A DNA stretch of 64,000 bases from Balanoglossus misakiensis (Eukaryota; Animalia; Hemichordata). The translations under genes and the position numbers were made by a program. The notes under the pieces were generated by a model, which worked only from the letters and a program-made list of their open reading frames with translations, was not told the origin of the DNA and searched no databases. Positions 14,403 through 29,101 of this stretch are shown here, piece by piece. The stretch lies in assembly GCA_040954595.2 (NCBI GenBank), contig CM082587.2, forward strand, positions 7,057,705 through 7,121,704, in the 5' to 3' direction. Every line of letters starts with the position of its first letter. Position 1 is the first letter of the stretch.

Positions 14403-17400
14403 GTTGTAAATGGACATTAGCAGGTTTCAGAACAGAAAAGCTGAAATATAATCTCAGAGTGTAAAAATATATTTAGCAATATATTTGTTTTATGGTGCAG
14501 TTTTAGTCAGAATTTATCAACTGTCAATAGTCTAAAAACAGCTACTCCCTATGCTGTTTACTTTTTAAATTGTGGTTTTCATATTTCCTGGGCTTTTTTC
14601 CTTCTCATTGTTAATAACTTCAGCTGATATGAATGTTTCCTAAACTGGTAGGATGGAAAAACGTTTAGAATATAAAATCAGAGCAAGCAGCACCATTTCC
14701 AGCCACGATTCTAGTATTATTACCTACCCTTTGTAGAAAATCAAAGTTTCCAAGCACTTGACAGTTATGACATTCAAGTGACCTTGACCTCAAATGAACT
14801 TCACACAGCAAAATTTTTAGATTAGCAGATGGCAGGAAGTTTCAAATTGAAGCATGTTAATTAATTCATGTGAAATTAATTTGGCATTCACGGCAGCATT
14901 GAGATGCGACTTTCTCGGTCTCGGGTTCACTGAATTTTGAAATCGTCAAAATGATATCATCATGATATATTTTGATTTATTCCATTACAAAAAACATCCA
15001 TGACATCAAATTAGCAACTATGAGTGTTCCTTATTACTATGCAAATTGCACATTGTCACTGGTCTTGTACTGAAATATCATGGTTTGCACGAATCATGCA
15101 CTAAGTTATTAAATATGGATAAAAAAAAATCTGTAAAAACACAAGACCACGCTTACAATCGCCGACTGTATTTTTTTAGGTCAAGATCTCTAAATGACTG
15201 CACCTGTATTATAGGTTTTGAATTGAACATCTAATGGCTATAATGGGGATACCCCTCAGGCCCTCCCCAACCACCCCCTTCCCCATGGGAATTCTCAGTG
15301 ATGCAATGAATTCCTTTGAGCGTATTCTCTGGCCCAGGCAAGAAATCTATATGAATAACGATACACTGCTGACTCAAAAAGAATTTGTGCTATCGACCAT
15401 AATGAGTCGGTAGGGAAATCTAAAATGTTTGCGTGAAAGAGATATGTCCACTATAAATCTACCAATGGACTGTCTCCATGGATGCCGATCGTATCTTATT
15501 TGTGGTTTCAGTTTTTATCGAAGACGAGAGTGAACCGCAGACTCGCGAAATGGAACCACCATGATGTACGTGATTACGACAAACACAAGGCACGTTGACA
15601 GCTTAAATTCCACAGTTATTATCGACTTTCATCACGCACATAAAAAATCAACTAGTATTTTTTTTGCAACACCTCCACAACGACAATTTGCATCTGCTGA
15701 TTTCTCTGTGTCTTGAAAATCCACAGTCACGCCAAGAAAATGTACGCTCTGCATAACGTCAAATCCTCATGATCGACCGTATCCCCTTTTCTGCATAAAT
15801 TGGATTCGCCTTTCTATTGAGCCACTGTGCAGCAAAGTGACAAAAGCAAATTCTATTTATAGAGCATCTTATTTTACTGCCTAACGAACCTACATCACAG
15901 CAACTCTGGATTACCATGGTAACACTAATCCAATTATGCTCAAAGAAAATCCAATGATAGTTATGTAATTTCTCTTAACTACATCTGTTTTATCGATGTT
16001 TATTTTGTTAAGGCTGTATCAGGTAACGTGTACCTGAGCAAATTCCTCAACCTTTTCACTTCCCTGTGATCATATAACATGTAACTATGTGAAATTTGAT
16101 ACATGTTCATCTTTCAGTCAAATTTAGGCTTCCTCTGTGTATAATATTCATTGATACAAGACCGTGCGGGTGAATTTATTAAAGGTACATTATGAGGTCC
16201 ACGCAGGTATTTCATTCTGCCATAATTTCCAAAAACATCCAATGAAAGAAGATTAAAATTCATAAAGGGAGCTTTCCATTAGTATATAGTTCTTTGTGGT
16301 AATCAATTCATTTGACTGATAAATTTGCAATTTAAACCAAGTTGTCTCGAACCACACCTTAAACCGGTTACCTGTGTGTACTTTGCCACCTATAAATGCA
16401 CACTAATAACATTTCAGCAAATGACATAATATCACTTGTCGGTTATTCGTCCCTGGCCATACATCTCAAAACCATGAAAAATAACCTAAACCACTTAAAA
16501 ATGATTTTGCATGAATACACATGCATAGAAGCCAACCCCCGCTGGTTTAAATCAGTTCTGCGTATAACTTGATTTAAAAACAAAATTGAAGCCGTAGAAA
16601 TAAATTTCCCTGACCGATGATTTCTGCCCTGACGCCATTTCTTGATAACCATATTGTCAACTTTCATCTTATCAAAACGGAACTGCAAGGCACATGTTGT
16701 ATTTGCCGTTGTCATATTTACTGTATGACCTAGACAACGTAAAAGAACTTATCACAGCAATCCATGTGTCATTTCCCCTGTGGAATAGTGTGCCTGAAAA
16801 GACAACAATGGAGACAGTCGATATTCATTTTAAAAGATGAACATTTTAAATTTTCATATTGCTGTACATGTATGTACACTTTTGTTACACATCAGTTTTT
16901 TCTACTTTCAAGAAATTTTTGATAGCCATTCAAAATAATTTAATTCACTTTTAGTGTCGTACGCTTTTGGTTTTCCTTATAAAGATCTCTTACTTATCAA
17001 TAGAACAGGTGGACATCTTGAGCATAGTGCAAAAGTTACAGATGACATTGTGAGGTACAAACTGTAATATGATATTTTAATACAACATTTAAATTTCACA
17101 TTTTACTGGTTGTAGCTTTTGCAGGTTGTATTTTATCCCACAATATTAACGTTTAAATCCATGACAGTCACTCTAAAATAATCGCAAAACCCAACTGTTT
17201 TTCAAACATAATTAAAACGAAGCATACACACTATCGAGTATGTTGCTTGGCAGTATCATTCTCTGATCAATAAACTCTTCATACCATTTGGTTTTTTTTT
17301 TTTAAATCGTTTACTGAAGTGTTCAAATGGCAATTGCATGTACTTTCACAGCAAGATTGTCAATTGAGCAAACAAGAACTGTGTCGTTTAAACTCTAATT

Positions 17401-18254
17401 TCAATCACAGCAATTTGTAGAAAGGTTTTACAACCTCATTCAAACAGCCATTCACGGCTCTATCTAGTATTCATGGAATGATGTCGTATGTTGGATCTCA
17501 AACGGTAGAAATCAGAAACGAGGCCTGATTGAATTTTTTACATTATTAAATTCGCCAGTGATGAGTTGCGCGGATTTATGGAGCAAAATGCCATGTGCAG
17601 CTTAGCCTCCTACTTGTAATTGACCAATCTGGAAGAAAAAGTGATCAATGGTTGAACGTGTTGCTGAAAAAAAAACCCACACAGCATCACGATAATCTGA
17701 GCACTCCTACTGAAATTATCAAACACAAAACCGCCTTGCGTCACCTAGGAAACGCACCGTCAACGTGCACTCACAACACCTTTTGAGGTCGAACTCTCGA
17801 TATAACCAAATACATCGAACCTCGCAACTGACAGTCAAGCGTCGGCAACGACAGGCGTTCCCGTGAAGACTTCAAATCTACTTCTGAGATTGGTAATTGC
17901 TGATTGCTCGCTGAGGAGGTATTGACTTGCCTCTAATTGCAGTGCGTGATTGGACTATGTATATCAAACATCATGATGCTACGCATTCCAATGTGTACCA
18001 AGATATGTTATCTTGTTCTTCCTGATAGAAATTTCTAATCATTTTGATCGGCATTGTCGAGAAGACCTGCAAGAGCAGATGACTTCCATCAATAATTTCA
18101 TTTTTATCCAGTTCAGTCAAATGAGAAAATCATACCCACCAGAACATATTGCCAAATGAATGCAATTACTGGTATGAGCTTTTTTCAATTCTGATTAATA
18201 TATTTTTTCCTATTCTAGACTAACACTAGAGTGACCTTACATACATAATAAACA

Positions 18255-18312
18255 TTTATTTTATTTTATTTTATTTTATTTTATTTTATTTTATTTTATT
18301 TTATTTTATTTT
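18255..18312. repeat. (TTTTA)n microsatellite
   Basis: Directly visible. Confidence 0.9.
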
Positions 18313-18563
18313 AAAGCCAGTCAGACTGGTAAGGGCTTCTGGGTCTGAAATAATTTCCACTGCACTTATTATAGTTCTTACTTCATGCTAGAGGGTCAAT
18401 TAATAATGATTGCATTGTGAGTAAAAAAAAAGAAAAGTTCTGTCTTTGAAGTTAGAATATTGAATTTGGTCACTGTTTTTCAGTCTGTCATTTTTCTCTG
18501 CTATAAAGTTTCAGTACATGAGTATGACTCAATATTGTTTTAGTTCTAATATACCGTATTTCT

Positions 18564-18657
18564 ATGGCAGAAATCTGCCATCTTGAAAATGAGTTGACCA
18601 TACGAGATTTTTGTCACTCACCTAGGTAGCAAAAACCTATTGAAGGTAGTGAGAATT
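18564..18657 (+). repeat. Dispersed ~95-bp repeat, copy 1 of 3
   Basis: ATGGCAGAAATC.GCCATCTTGAAA...TCACCTAGGTAG...AAACCTATT...GAGAATT; also at 42981-43076 and 57232-57324. Confidence 0.8.
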
Positions 18658-21600
18658 GTATGACAAGTGTTTTGAAGTGGGCTACATATACGGGTACCAT
18701 GCCGGTAATCATCTCACACTACACCTTCCCATTCATTTCCATAACTCAGTGGCCCCGGCTCACCTGATCACCATACAAAACGATAACAAAAGCTTGCATG
18801 CATGGTCACGCATAAGCTTGCATGGTCACACATAACTTTCATGGAAATATACCTGAAGCTAATATTATTACGAGGTCTGTATAAATCATGATGAAAGAAA
18901 ATGTACACGGCAGTATTATACTGCCATAAAATATGGCAAAATTGAGTAGGGAACATCATCTCATACAGTGTCATATTCCTTGTCATTACAGATGAATACA
19001 TATCAGGTGAGGAGTCATAATTTAGCAATGCTGATCGGATATATGACACTGCAACTGAAGGTCCTTCGAAATTGCTGTTGTAAAGAAGACTCAAATTGAT
19101 ATAGACTGAGGATTTCATTTATTGTCATATAAGTTATCATACTTGTATGTACATAATTGCAGAACACTAAGATCTCAGTTATGCGGCATTTTTTAATTGA
19201 TAGAAGAAGTCAGAGTGATTTAGTCTTAACTATGAAAATAAAATTGCAAATTGTTTAAGAGATGGATCTACTGTATATTTGGTTGTACAGTCTTAGAAAA
19301 ATATATTCAAACAGACATTCTCCCTCATTACCAAGCTCCGTATGGAACCTTTAATTTACATTTTTGCATACTTAAAAATTGTCTTCTATATTCTTTGGTT
19401 TTCCTCCAGTAAGCCGTTTTGGGACACAGAATGGGCTATTTATAATGCCTCATTTGTGTAGTTCCATAGAAGTGGCCATTATTGAGGTTGCAACCAATTA
19501 ACCACATAATCAAAACATATTTTTCAATAAATGTTGCCAATATTTGCCCCTAGGTAAACACATTTAGGTGAGATACTAAATATCTGACTGAATAAAATCA
19601 TGAAAACATATATATGCAAATAGTGTTGTACCAAGCATGGGGCTTTAAGTTATGTATGCCAGGAAATTATACACTTGTCTAGTAGTATTAATCTCTCTAT
19701 ATACCCATGACATCAAGGACAATGAAATCTTTGATTTATATGATGGTATAAAATGAAGCTTACAGAAATCCAGACCATGTTAAGGTAATGAATGTATTTT
19801 TGATAATCCTTTCATCAAAATGGCTATGTTGATTTATGCCGAGACGATATAGACTTTTGTGGCCATAGATTATTTTCTATTTCATCAAAAAGGTCATGTG
19901 TGTACATGTCTTTCCTTGTACAGCTGTTTCTAAGCATTAGAGAAAGAGTGTGCTTAGCAAAGCCATCTATTACAACTGTACTTTCATTAAAATTGCACAG
20001 TCAACTCTATGTATGTCACTTGATTTCCATATCTCCAATCCGCCATCTCAAAACTTGTGTGTACAACACAATGTACAGTATAAAACAAATAAATGTCATG
20101 AAAAAAAGTACTCAATAATATTACTTTTTCATGTTTTCTCAATGTTATTATATCATGCTGTGTACAAGTTTCTATTAAATTACGTAAGTTCATCTATGTA
20201 ATGCACTATTAATATGGAAATAAGACATCAAAATATCAAACATTCACAATCATTCAAAGTAAATGAATTACTAGGTTCAAGAAACACATAGAAAAACAAT
20301 TGAGTCAATATTTGTCCGAAATAGGCAATTGCGTACCTTGCTATCACGTTACACCTGTCAATGTGTCAGTCTACATACTATCACCAAGTGGTTGATATGA
20401 ATGACAGATTTGACCATATTGATTTCTTTGTACCAATTTGTTCACAGTATTTAATGTGCTATCACAGATATTGATCACTAGGTCAGAATTTCATCAGAAT
20501 TCCGTCAAATAAGTACAGGTTGTCAGACTAATACTGATGGCTTAACAGCTCAAGGTGCATGTATTTATCACATCTTTGTGACGATGACCTATTTTCATTC
20601 CAGACAAACATATTTTTACTGTTACCCTCTGCCTACTTGGCTCAAAAATGCATGACAATTGACGTACATGCTCTTGGGTCCTACAGTTTCAAAGCATATT
20701 TTTACACCATAAAATATACATGTATTCTGTATGTGTAAACATTTCCAATGAACCATCTTTAACTGGCTGCCTGAATCACTACACTTACACACAGCAGTGA
20801 ACACTCAAAAAAAAAAACATATTGCAACCATGTATTGGGATTGAAGCGTCACAAATTTAAGTGTCATCATCGCAATATTTTATTATCAAACACATTATAT
20901 TTGTGCGTATCTGTATGTCAATTTTTTCGCCTACCTATTTGTAAAAACATGTCCACTTCTATATAGCGACAGTCTGCTGGTGTTTGTTTGATAATCATAA
21001 ATGCAACACCGCCTCAATCAAGTGGAATTTGCTGTTTTTTTCCTTTTATTCATGTCTGAAACATTCAGTTCCCAGACAATCCAATCACCCAGAACAAAAT
21101 CCGGAATTACCTTTGCCCTAAATATAAGCCTTAACGACTCCCGGTACCGTGTCCATACGCAATTAAATGGATGTTTTTCAAAGAAAGTAATCACAGGCAA
21201 TACCGGCTCCAGTCTCGCAATTTACACGCTCTCGTTTCGCTCTATAAATAAATACGGCGTACTACGTCTGTTTGCTGACATGAACCGAGAGTACAGTATA
21301 CGCCAATGCATGCTCCATTGGTTAGAGATGATGAGGTGTTACCAAACACTCAGATGTACTGACATCACATAGTAGACTAGAAGAATTAAATGTCAGTGTT
21401 CTGCATTGCCCACACAAATGACTGCCTATATATTTTTCTGCTCATATTTGATTTCACTTCACTCTATTCTATATCAAATTTACGATTTGAATCATTTTTT
21501 CAATCGTGAATAAAGTCTCTAGAGAGGAGAGAACAAATGTGACCGAGACACAGTCTGCTTTTTCTGGAGAGAAAAAAACACTATCATTTTCTCTGAGTTA

Positions 21601-21924
21601 TTTTCTCTTGGCTGTGCTTAGCAGTGTGTAAAACTTCATGAAAATGACAGTAGTAGAAGTGATGGGTTTCTAGCAATTCTCAATGTAATGAATTATCTGA
21701 ATCAAAATGATGGCTCTTCTACTCAGCATTAATATTCATAGTCGATAAATGTTAAACACTGCAGAAGATACATTTTGGATGTTTTTTTAAGGAAAACATG
21801 ATATTGAAATGTCACTGCTCAAGCACCAGCAGCCAAACATGAAAACTGTGACATCATTTTGTCTTTTTAACAAGTTCAGCTTCCCAAAGCATGTTGTGAC
21901 TTTCTCCAGACATAACTGGATCAA

Positions 21925-22007
21925 CCCTTTCACTACCATGGTTTGGTCCAACTCCATTGTTTTCTAAGGTAAAGTTGGACCTCCACAAAGGGAAACGGGT
22001 GATAGGG
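21925..22007. mobile_element. piggyBac-like ~85-bp MITE
   Basis: CCCTTTCAC...GTGATAGGG-TTAA; same internal TTTGGTCCAA..CCATTG..AAAGTTGGACC as the 28379 and 50700 copies. Confidence 0.65.
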
Positions 22008-23192
22008 TTAACCCTCTGGGGACTAAAACCCCTACATGTATACTAATACTGTCGTTTCTGAACCTCTGTACTGGTAGGAATGGTTTGGTAAAAATGCTCC
22101 CTGTGAGCTATAAATTGAACTGAAAAAAAACAACCAATAATGTCAAAGAAATGTTTGGTTTATCCAGGCGTGCATCAAGTATGGTCTCCAGTGGCTAGGA
22201 CAGAACAAGGTTCCCATTCCACCTCACATTCAAATGCAAACAAGCTTCACTGCACACATTACTCTGTTATAAATAGGGCTTGGCAAGTCATCATATGACA
22301 TGAAAATTTTATGTTGTGTCATTAAATATTCATAAATTTACAGCCATTTATTTTCATATTGTCATTTCATGGTCATCTCATTGGAATCAAAAGACACGGA
22401 AAACATCGATAAAAATGAAAGGAAGTCCAAGCCAATAAAATTTCATTAAACTACCGTAACGGCCTTTGTTTTGATTGTGTCTATTAATACAGTTTAATAA
22501 CTAGAACATTAGCTTGGTCAGTAAAATCAACGTTTATGCCAACCTTAAAAGCAGGAATCGGAAAACTAAATAACATGCATTTAAGTGAAATACATGTTTT
22601 TGAAAAGGAAACTGTTATTTAGCCAAGAATAATATCCCACTGGAAAGACTTGATTAAAATTGAAAGAATCAAGAATAATAATTTCAAATTTAATGTACTT
22701 GGGTTCTGGCAGGCTGCCAAGTCAGGCAATTGGCTGGTTGATTGGTGGCTGAGCTATGGATGTCCTTTCTCTGACCTCGGGTTCAGTTTCAAGCCTGTGC
22801 CCACAGTACAAGAACCACAATCATTCCTTTGCATACATTTCTTATCATTGCAAAATTACAATCTAATTGCTGACTCAGCAGTTTTCCTTAACATGCTACT
22901 TCATTGCATCGTCGCAAACCACGGCCCTTTTACGGCAGCGATAGTGAAACGAAAGAAATCCGTAGTCTCATGAGTCTGGTGGGGCGAGAATGCTTCATTG
23001 TTTTACGGCTGTCTGATAAAATCTGATTAAATTCTAATTTTCAGATGAAGCAAAGTCAGACGTTGATTTTAGTAAAATGCTACAATTTTATCCCTTTTTT
23101 TAAAAAAAAGTTTGTATTTTTTACTCAATTTTGGGTGAATTCATGCTACACAGATTGCATCAAGCTGTACGGATCACCAGTAAGTCTTCTTG

Positions 23193-23538
23193 CAATCTGA
23201 TCAAAATCAGATGTTGGGATTTACTTCCTCATTAGCTTCCAGCTAAATCATGTCCTTTACTATATTCACAATACGGGTAGTACCAGTTCTTTTCACATCT
23301 CCCTGGGCGGTGCGTCCTCTAAGCCCATATGACGCGCCACTGACGCAACAAACTCCGAGGTGACGCAAGATCGTTATCCGTACTATAGTGCTGACACAAA
23401 GAAATTTCTGCCAATTCTCAAATAGACCCAAGGCTTCTAAGAATCATGTTTTTCAAAAAGAGGGAAGACTGTCAGTGTCCTTGGGGCAGCAAACTTAAAA
23501 GTGAAAGATTCAGTCTCCGTCTGATTTTAATCATATCA
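23193..23538. mobile_element. Degenerate longer member of the CAATCTGATT MITE family
   Basis: Left end CAATCTGATCAAAATCAGATGTTGGGA; degenerate right end TCTGATTTTAATCATATCA; imperfect flanking repeat agtcttctt/agtcatctt. Confidence 0.45.
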
Positions 23539-24730
23539 AGTCATCTTTGTATGTAATTATGATTATTAATATCATCATCATCATCATCATCATCATCATT
23601 ACTTCTCCTTAAAGTACAAACAATAAATATACTGAATAAATGTCCTAACAAAAACAAAACCTTACTCAGTAATGGATGAACCATTTGATATCTGGGGGAG
23701 GGGTTGGAAGATTTTTGATGGTCTCCTTGCAGTGCATGTTTACCAGCTTCATTGATATATTGACAGCTTATCTTTAAAAAATTTGCTTTTTGAAAAAACA
23801 AGACAGAAAAGCAACATTCTTGCAGACCTTTTATAATTACTCTCATATATAACGCATATGCCCAAAAAAGAATCTTGAAATCATTAACAAGTTGAAACCC
23901 AATGGCATCTACTTACAATAATATTTGGAATGGACATAGATAATATATGAGGAAAATAATCATTTCGTCAGAAATGTTGCTCATGGTCCAAATTCTGCCC
24001 CCCCCCCCCCCCCCTCTCAATATAAAATGGTACCTTACTCAATTTTACAAACTACCTGTACATTTGAATTTTGTTTTGCTTTGAATGATGTGCAGTCATT
24101 CATGAAACTTGTTGACAGGCTTCAAGCTCAGCTGAGTCGCCACACGTTGTTGCAGTATCATATCTAGCTTGTCTTGTTGTCCTGCACGTACAGTACTGCA
24201 CAGTAGCTGGTAGCCCTTGTCTATTTCAAGAACAGACAGACAGACGCGCGCGCGGCGCATAGCCAATCCAAGCAAACGCGCATGCACCCATGTACATTTC
24301 ATGTACATTTCATGCAAGGGACGCGTACGCGCGCGTTCGGGAGGACCCAGCTTTCTACTAGCATGTTGTCCAGGGCTGAGATCCTGCATCTTTTATATAA
24401 TGCGCCCCTTTCTCGGGTGAGCGGCCAGTCTGGCCAAAATATGTGGAATGAGCGAAATGCGGCCCCAGCGCGGCCTTCATCCGAGCGGACATTACGGCTT
24501 GCAACCAACCTCCGCATCATCGATCAGATCCGCATCATTCCGTTGATGTTTCCGCTCAGACACTTCATGGCAACGGTGTTTTTAATCGACAGATCACGCT
24601 ATGATGTTTCAAAGGATACGTACATCTATTTGCGATCAAAATATTCCCGTGCGCATGAACATATAATATTTAGCAAACGTCCTCTCAATGCAAAACAGTA
24701 AACCAGTAAACCGTCGCATCATCTCCTTAC

Positions 24731-24830
24731 CTCCGATCGGCACGTCGAAGTTCGATAACCCCTTGTTGCGCTCCGCCATCATGAGGTTTTCGTCTTCACT
24801 GGGATCTGGTGTCACTCTGTTACTCGACAT
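24731..24830 (-). CDS. Probable first coding exon of the stomatin-family gene
   Basis: Runs from ATG to a strong G|GTAAGG donor, 100 nt (phase 1, in frame with exon 492-598). Encodes MSSNRVTPDPSEDENLMMAERNKGLSNFDVPIG and lies in a CpG-rich island. The link to the 492-598 exon is inferred. Confidence 0.55.
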
Positions 24831-27800
24831 GCAACTGTGTTCTGGTTTTGGAACAGTTGTTATTCTCAGAACAGATCATATGCGACACCAGTCATCCATC
24901 CACGCATTCGCTGCGCTGGCAACAGAAGGCGGTATGCAAATATCCCTGAGTGGATGGGATGGAGCTTGCAGGATGCAGGCCCCCTAACATGACAACAACT
25001 TTCTCTCCAACCTGTATATATTACAGTACCGTTTTATAGACGAAGCCAATTTTTTTCTTCCGGATAGCATAATCAGAATCGAAAATAGAAAAAAAAATAG
25101 AAAAAAAATAGAAAAAAATACCAGTACCCCTAAATATCTTTGAATTTCTTGCTTTTGGATATATTATCAGATCAGCTTCAAGCGGTATTTTCGTAATAAC
25201 CTCATAAAATCAAGAGGTTAATATCGACCATCGGAATCAGTGAATTCTGTGAGTTTCGTTCTCGAGTCTCCGAAGCAAAATCATCTGTTTCGACTTTTGC
25301 CTGGGTCTCAAAAAGAAGCCCCAATTGCCAAAAAGGAAATGGATTACTCCTACTAAATCAACAAACCGTCCAAGGCAAAACCTCGAGCTAGAACTGCAGA
25401 TAACAATATTTGAACGAAATAATTGAAATGTTTGCAATTTACTTGGAAAAAAGATTGCAATACATTGCAACTGTTTTGCTATACGAACATCTCTCCCACT
25501 AGCCGGATAAGTGATAAATCATTTACTTCAATCCACCCGCCACTTAACGTTCGGAACAAAATGAAATCCCATTTCCGAAATGGATGAGCTCAAGCTTTCT
25601 TGTTCCTTCAGTCATCCTGCTTCTGTTAAAATGTATCAACTAGGTCCATTGAAATCGTTTCGGCAGACTGATTTCGTATGGGCGTCTTGCATCACCTGTC
25701 AGTTGAGATGTGATATATGCACACCGGTACAACTGTAGGCCTAAACCCCAAGAGTGCCAAAAAGAAAGTCTCGCGATAGTAGTTTTGCTGTGCAGCGGTT
25801 TTTTTTTTTTTACATTAAAGATCGCTTTTGTCACCAGTAAGTTTGTTTAATTATGATAATAACAATTCCAAGAAAGAACATTTCTGAAATATTGCGTTTG
25901 CAAACATATATTCAGTATGATTATGTGACTTGGTGGACTTACGATTGCCCATGATTTATTTTATGTATTTAGAAGAAGAAAAAACAAAAAGCTGTTAAAT
26001 TACATATAGCACTATATACTAGTATGGGGTTACCGTTCAATATTTCCAGTTGATCTTTGCACAATAACGACTACTATTATTCATCCGTTTTGGAGTGCGT
26101 CTTTACTGTTTAAGAGATACTTTCAAAAGTTGCTGTTTACGCGAAAACAGAAGTCCCATTACGGGCATAACAAATTAGACTGTAGAAAGCATAATTTGGC
26201 TAAGTCTCTCAAGAATTTTTTATTTCCATTTCGGAGCAGAGAAATTACGGTCAGTTGCACCATAAAAACGACGTAACCCTCCCCATTATCATTGTGTAAA
26301 AAATAAACAAAACGTTGTTTGATATACAGAGGTTGGGGGCGCTACATCATATTGGTGATGGAACCATGGCCATGGAACCATGTGTTTTGTGTCCAAACTT
26401 ACACACTTGCTTTCTCATCAATTTTTTTGTGATGACTCTAATTTTTTACTCTCAATTTTAAGAGAGAATTATATAAAGTTGCCTTAAACATAATACACAT
26501 ATATGTATGAGAACACATTGATTTTCAAGGTGCATACATCTCAATCTCATTTGCACAACTTACAACATGTACAATGGCTTGCTTCTAGTAAGAAATTCAC
26601 AGGCACATAATTTAGTTTGGTAGGAAAAGAAATGTTTAATTGAAATACTAAATCAAAATACATTTTTTTTTCACTTTGTCACATAAGTTTTTCACAATAC
26701 ACAGAAAGAAATGTGAGCAATGCCCAACTTATCACAGCATACAAATCTATGGAGAAAGTTCTGCTGTTGATAACAGCAAGCCTGATCACTTGGTAATAAT
26801 TCAATCTATCCATTTGCCCGCTAAACCTAACACTGTCAAGTGAATCGGATGCAAGTAAAGATGTCAATCTTATGCCTTCAACAGACAGGTTTATTTGTTT
26901 CCTAGCGACTGCCTTCATGTTCTTGAAACATAACCATTGTGCCAATAGTTTTCCTCCTGCGTTCTTTCACTTGAAACTGTGCTGTGTAGAAACAAGCTTA
27001 AAATGGTACACGGTGACACCTTTCCATTCTGAATTCAGCTTAAAAAACAATCTCTGATACAGTACAAGAATGAGCCCTGGAAGCCTATTTGCAGCGTACA
27101 AATTGATAAATAAGGTCTGGGTAGTAGTGTCTCTAAACCACATACAGTCAAGCAATCATGTGCGTTGTGGGGTATTCATATAACTTTTCTGGATCTTGAC
27201 ATACCAAGGAATCAACACAGAATCGTGTCACCTTGGCAACCATGAAATTGAAATACAGCCAATCACTGATTTTCAATGGGTGGCACACTAAGACATGCCT
27301 CTTTGACCATATATAGACTTATGTAAATCAGTGGTGACCTTTTAAGTACATGTACAGTAATTGTAGATGATGCTGAAGCACGAAATCAGTCTACTTTGGA
27401 TCAGGAAGTCGTGCACAAGTCTAGATGTAATGAGTAGGTGTTTGTCCATACATTATACTAACGATTTTAACCATAAAATGTGCAAGATGTATCAGTGTTT
27501 CCCATACCCAATGAAATAATCTTCAATATCAGAAGACTTGTCAATGATCGGCAAGATTACAGTGTTCAGGCCGGGTACAAATATATGACCCAGGAGTCTG
27601 CATTACATTTGTGTTGCGATGAATGTGAAAAGTTGCATTACATTTTAGCTATATTGCCCAACTGTATACATATTACAGTGAAGTTGAGCAAATTAAGACG
27701 AATGAAAACTATTTTCCCCATAGGTGTATTTTATAGTAAAATACTGGTACCAGTAGATTACCACACATTTCTTGCAATTTTTTTTTAAATACAGAAAATA

Positions 27801-28378
27801 TCAGGATTATCATACATAAATAGGAACGTTTTTTTTCAGAGTAGATTCAAGGATTCCTTATAAAATATACATGTACTTGAAGAGCATTGCGATTGTCAAT
27901 TTTATACTCTTTTGTCAAATGTGACATTTTACATATGCCAGGAATGAATGTAAATCTCAGGGAATCCATTACAAGCTGCTTTTATATCACATTGGATTAT
28001 TGATAACAAAATCAAAATCATGCATATGTGTTACTGTTAATTTTAACATGCTTCAACATTGGCAGCTAGTGTGTTGAGAACGTTAATAGCTGGGCTAGCC
28101 AAGCTGTTACAAGGCTACATTGGCAGCGGTGAATACAGAAACAAACCAACCCACTTAAAGTTTCTTGTCTGTAGTGTAACCCTCTTATTACAAGCAATAG
28201 GTTAAACCAAGACAAAGGAACATAGTGGGTGGCAAAGAAACTTGCGATTTCTTACATAGATTCAACTGCTCGGTATTTGATGCACATGTATTTCTACATT
28301 CATTCAACGTGTAGGGGCAAATATTCTGGCTTATACATGTATGTGATTTCAAACACTTCCAAAGAGGAGTGTTTTTAA

Positions 28379-28464
28379 CCCCTTCACCGCCAATAGTTTG
28401 GTCCAAACCCATTGTATTCTGTGGTAAAGTTGGACCTTTTTAAATGGAAATGGGGGTGAAAGGG
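28379..28464. mobile_element. piggyBac-like ~85-bp MITE
   Basis: TTAA-CCCCTTCACC...GGTGAAAGGG-TTAG. Confidence 0.7.
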
Positions 28465-29101
28465 TTAGGGGAATCCTTGAATCTCATCCTACTTGAAGCA
28501 CACCACCATAGGCATATAAGAGTAATACACACTTATCCGTTACAGCTATAGAAACACTCTCAAGTAAGTGTTGACATCTATACGTCTACAAAAACTGAGC
28601 GGTGAAAAAAAACAGAGTTGAGTACGCTGGCACAAAAGAAGACTGAAGGTTTACATGTTTCAACTTCAACATGCAGGACATATATATCACCAGACAGTTT
28701 CACATGCCCACAAAGCACCAACAGCTCTTCTATGACGGAAATACAGTCAAGTGGGCAAACTTTTTCTTCAATATTTTTTCTTTCTGTAAATTAGGAATCT
28801 TGTAAATTACTTTTGTCGTTTCTTTTGCCAGGAAAAAATTGTCAGGTTTTGCGTTCAAGCTGTAAAGTAGGGTTACTTTCAGTGGATCTCAAAACCATGC
28901 AAATGAGCAGCGGAGTTTGGGTGGGTCGCCTACTAACAACTTTTCACATCTCGGAGTTGAATTTACATCTTTTAGGAACACATTTTTGACAAAAAGTCAC
29001 ATGGGGGGAAATCTTGTCGATATTATCACGTAAAGTAAAAATCTCGCCGAGCCCATCCAAAGATTGAAAACTAGAGGAATCTGTATTATCAAACAAGATT
29101 T

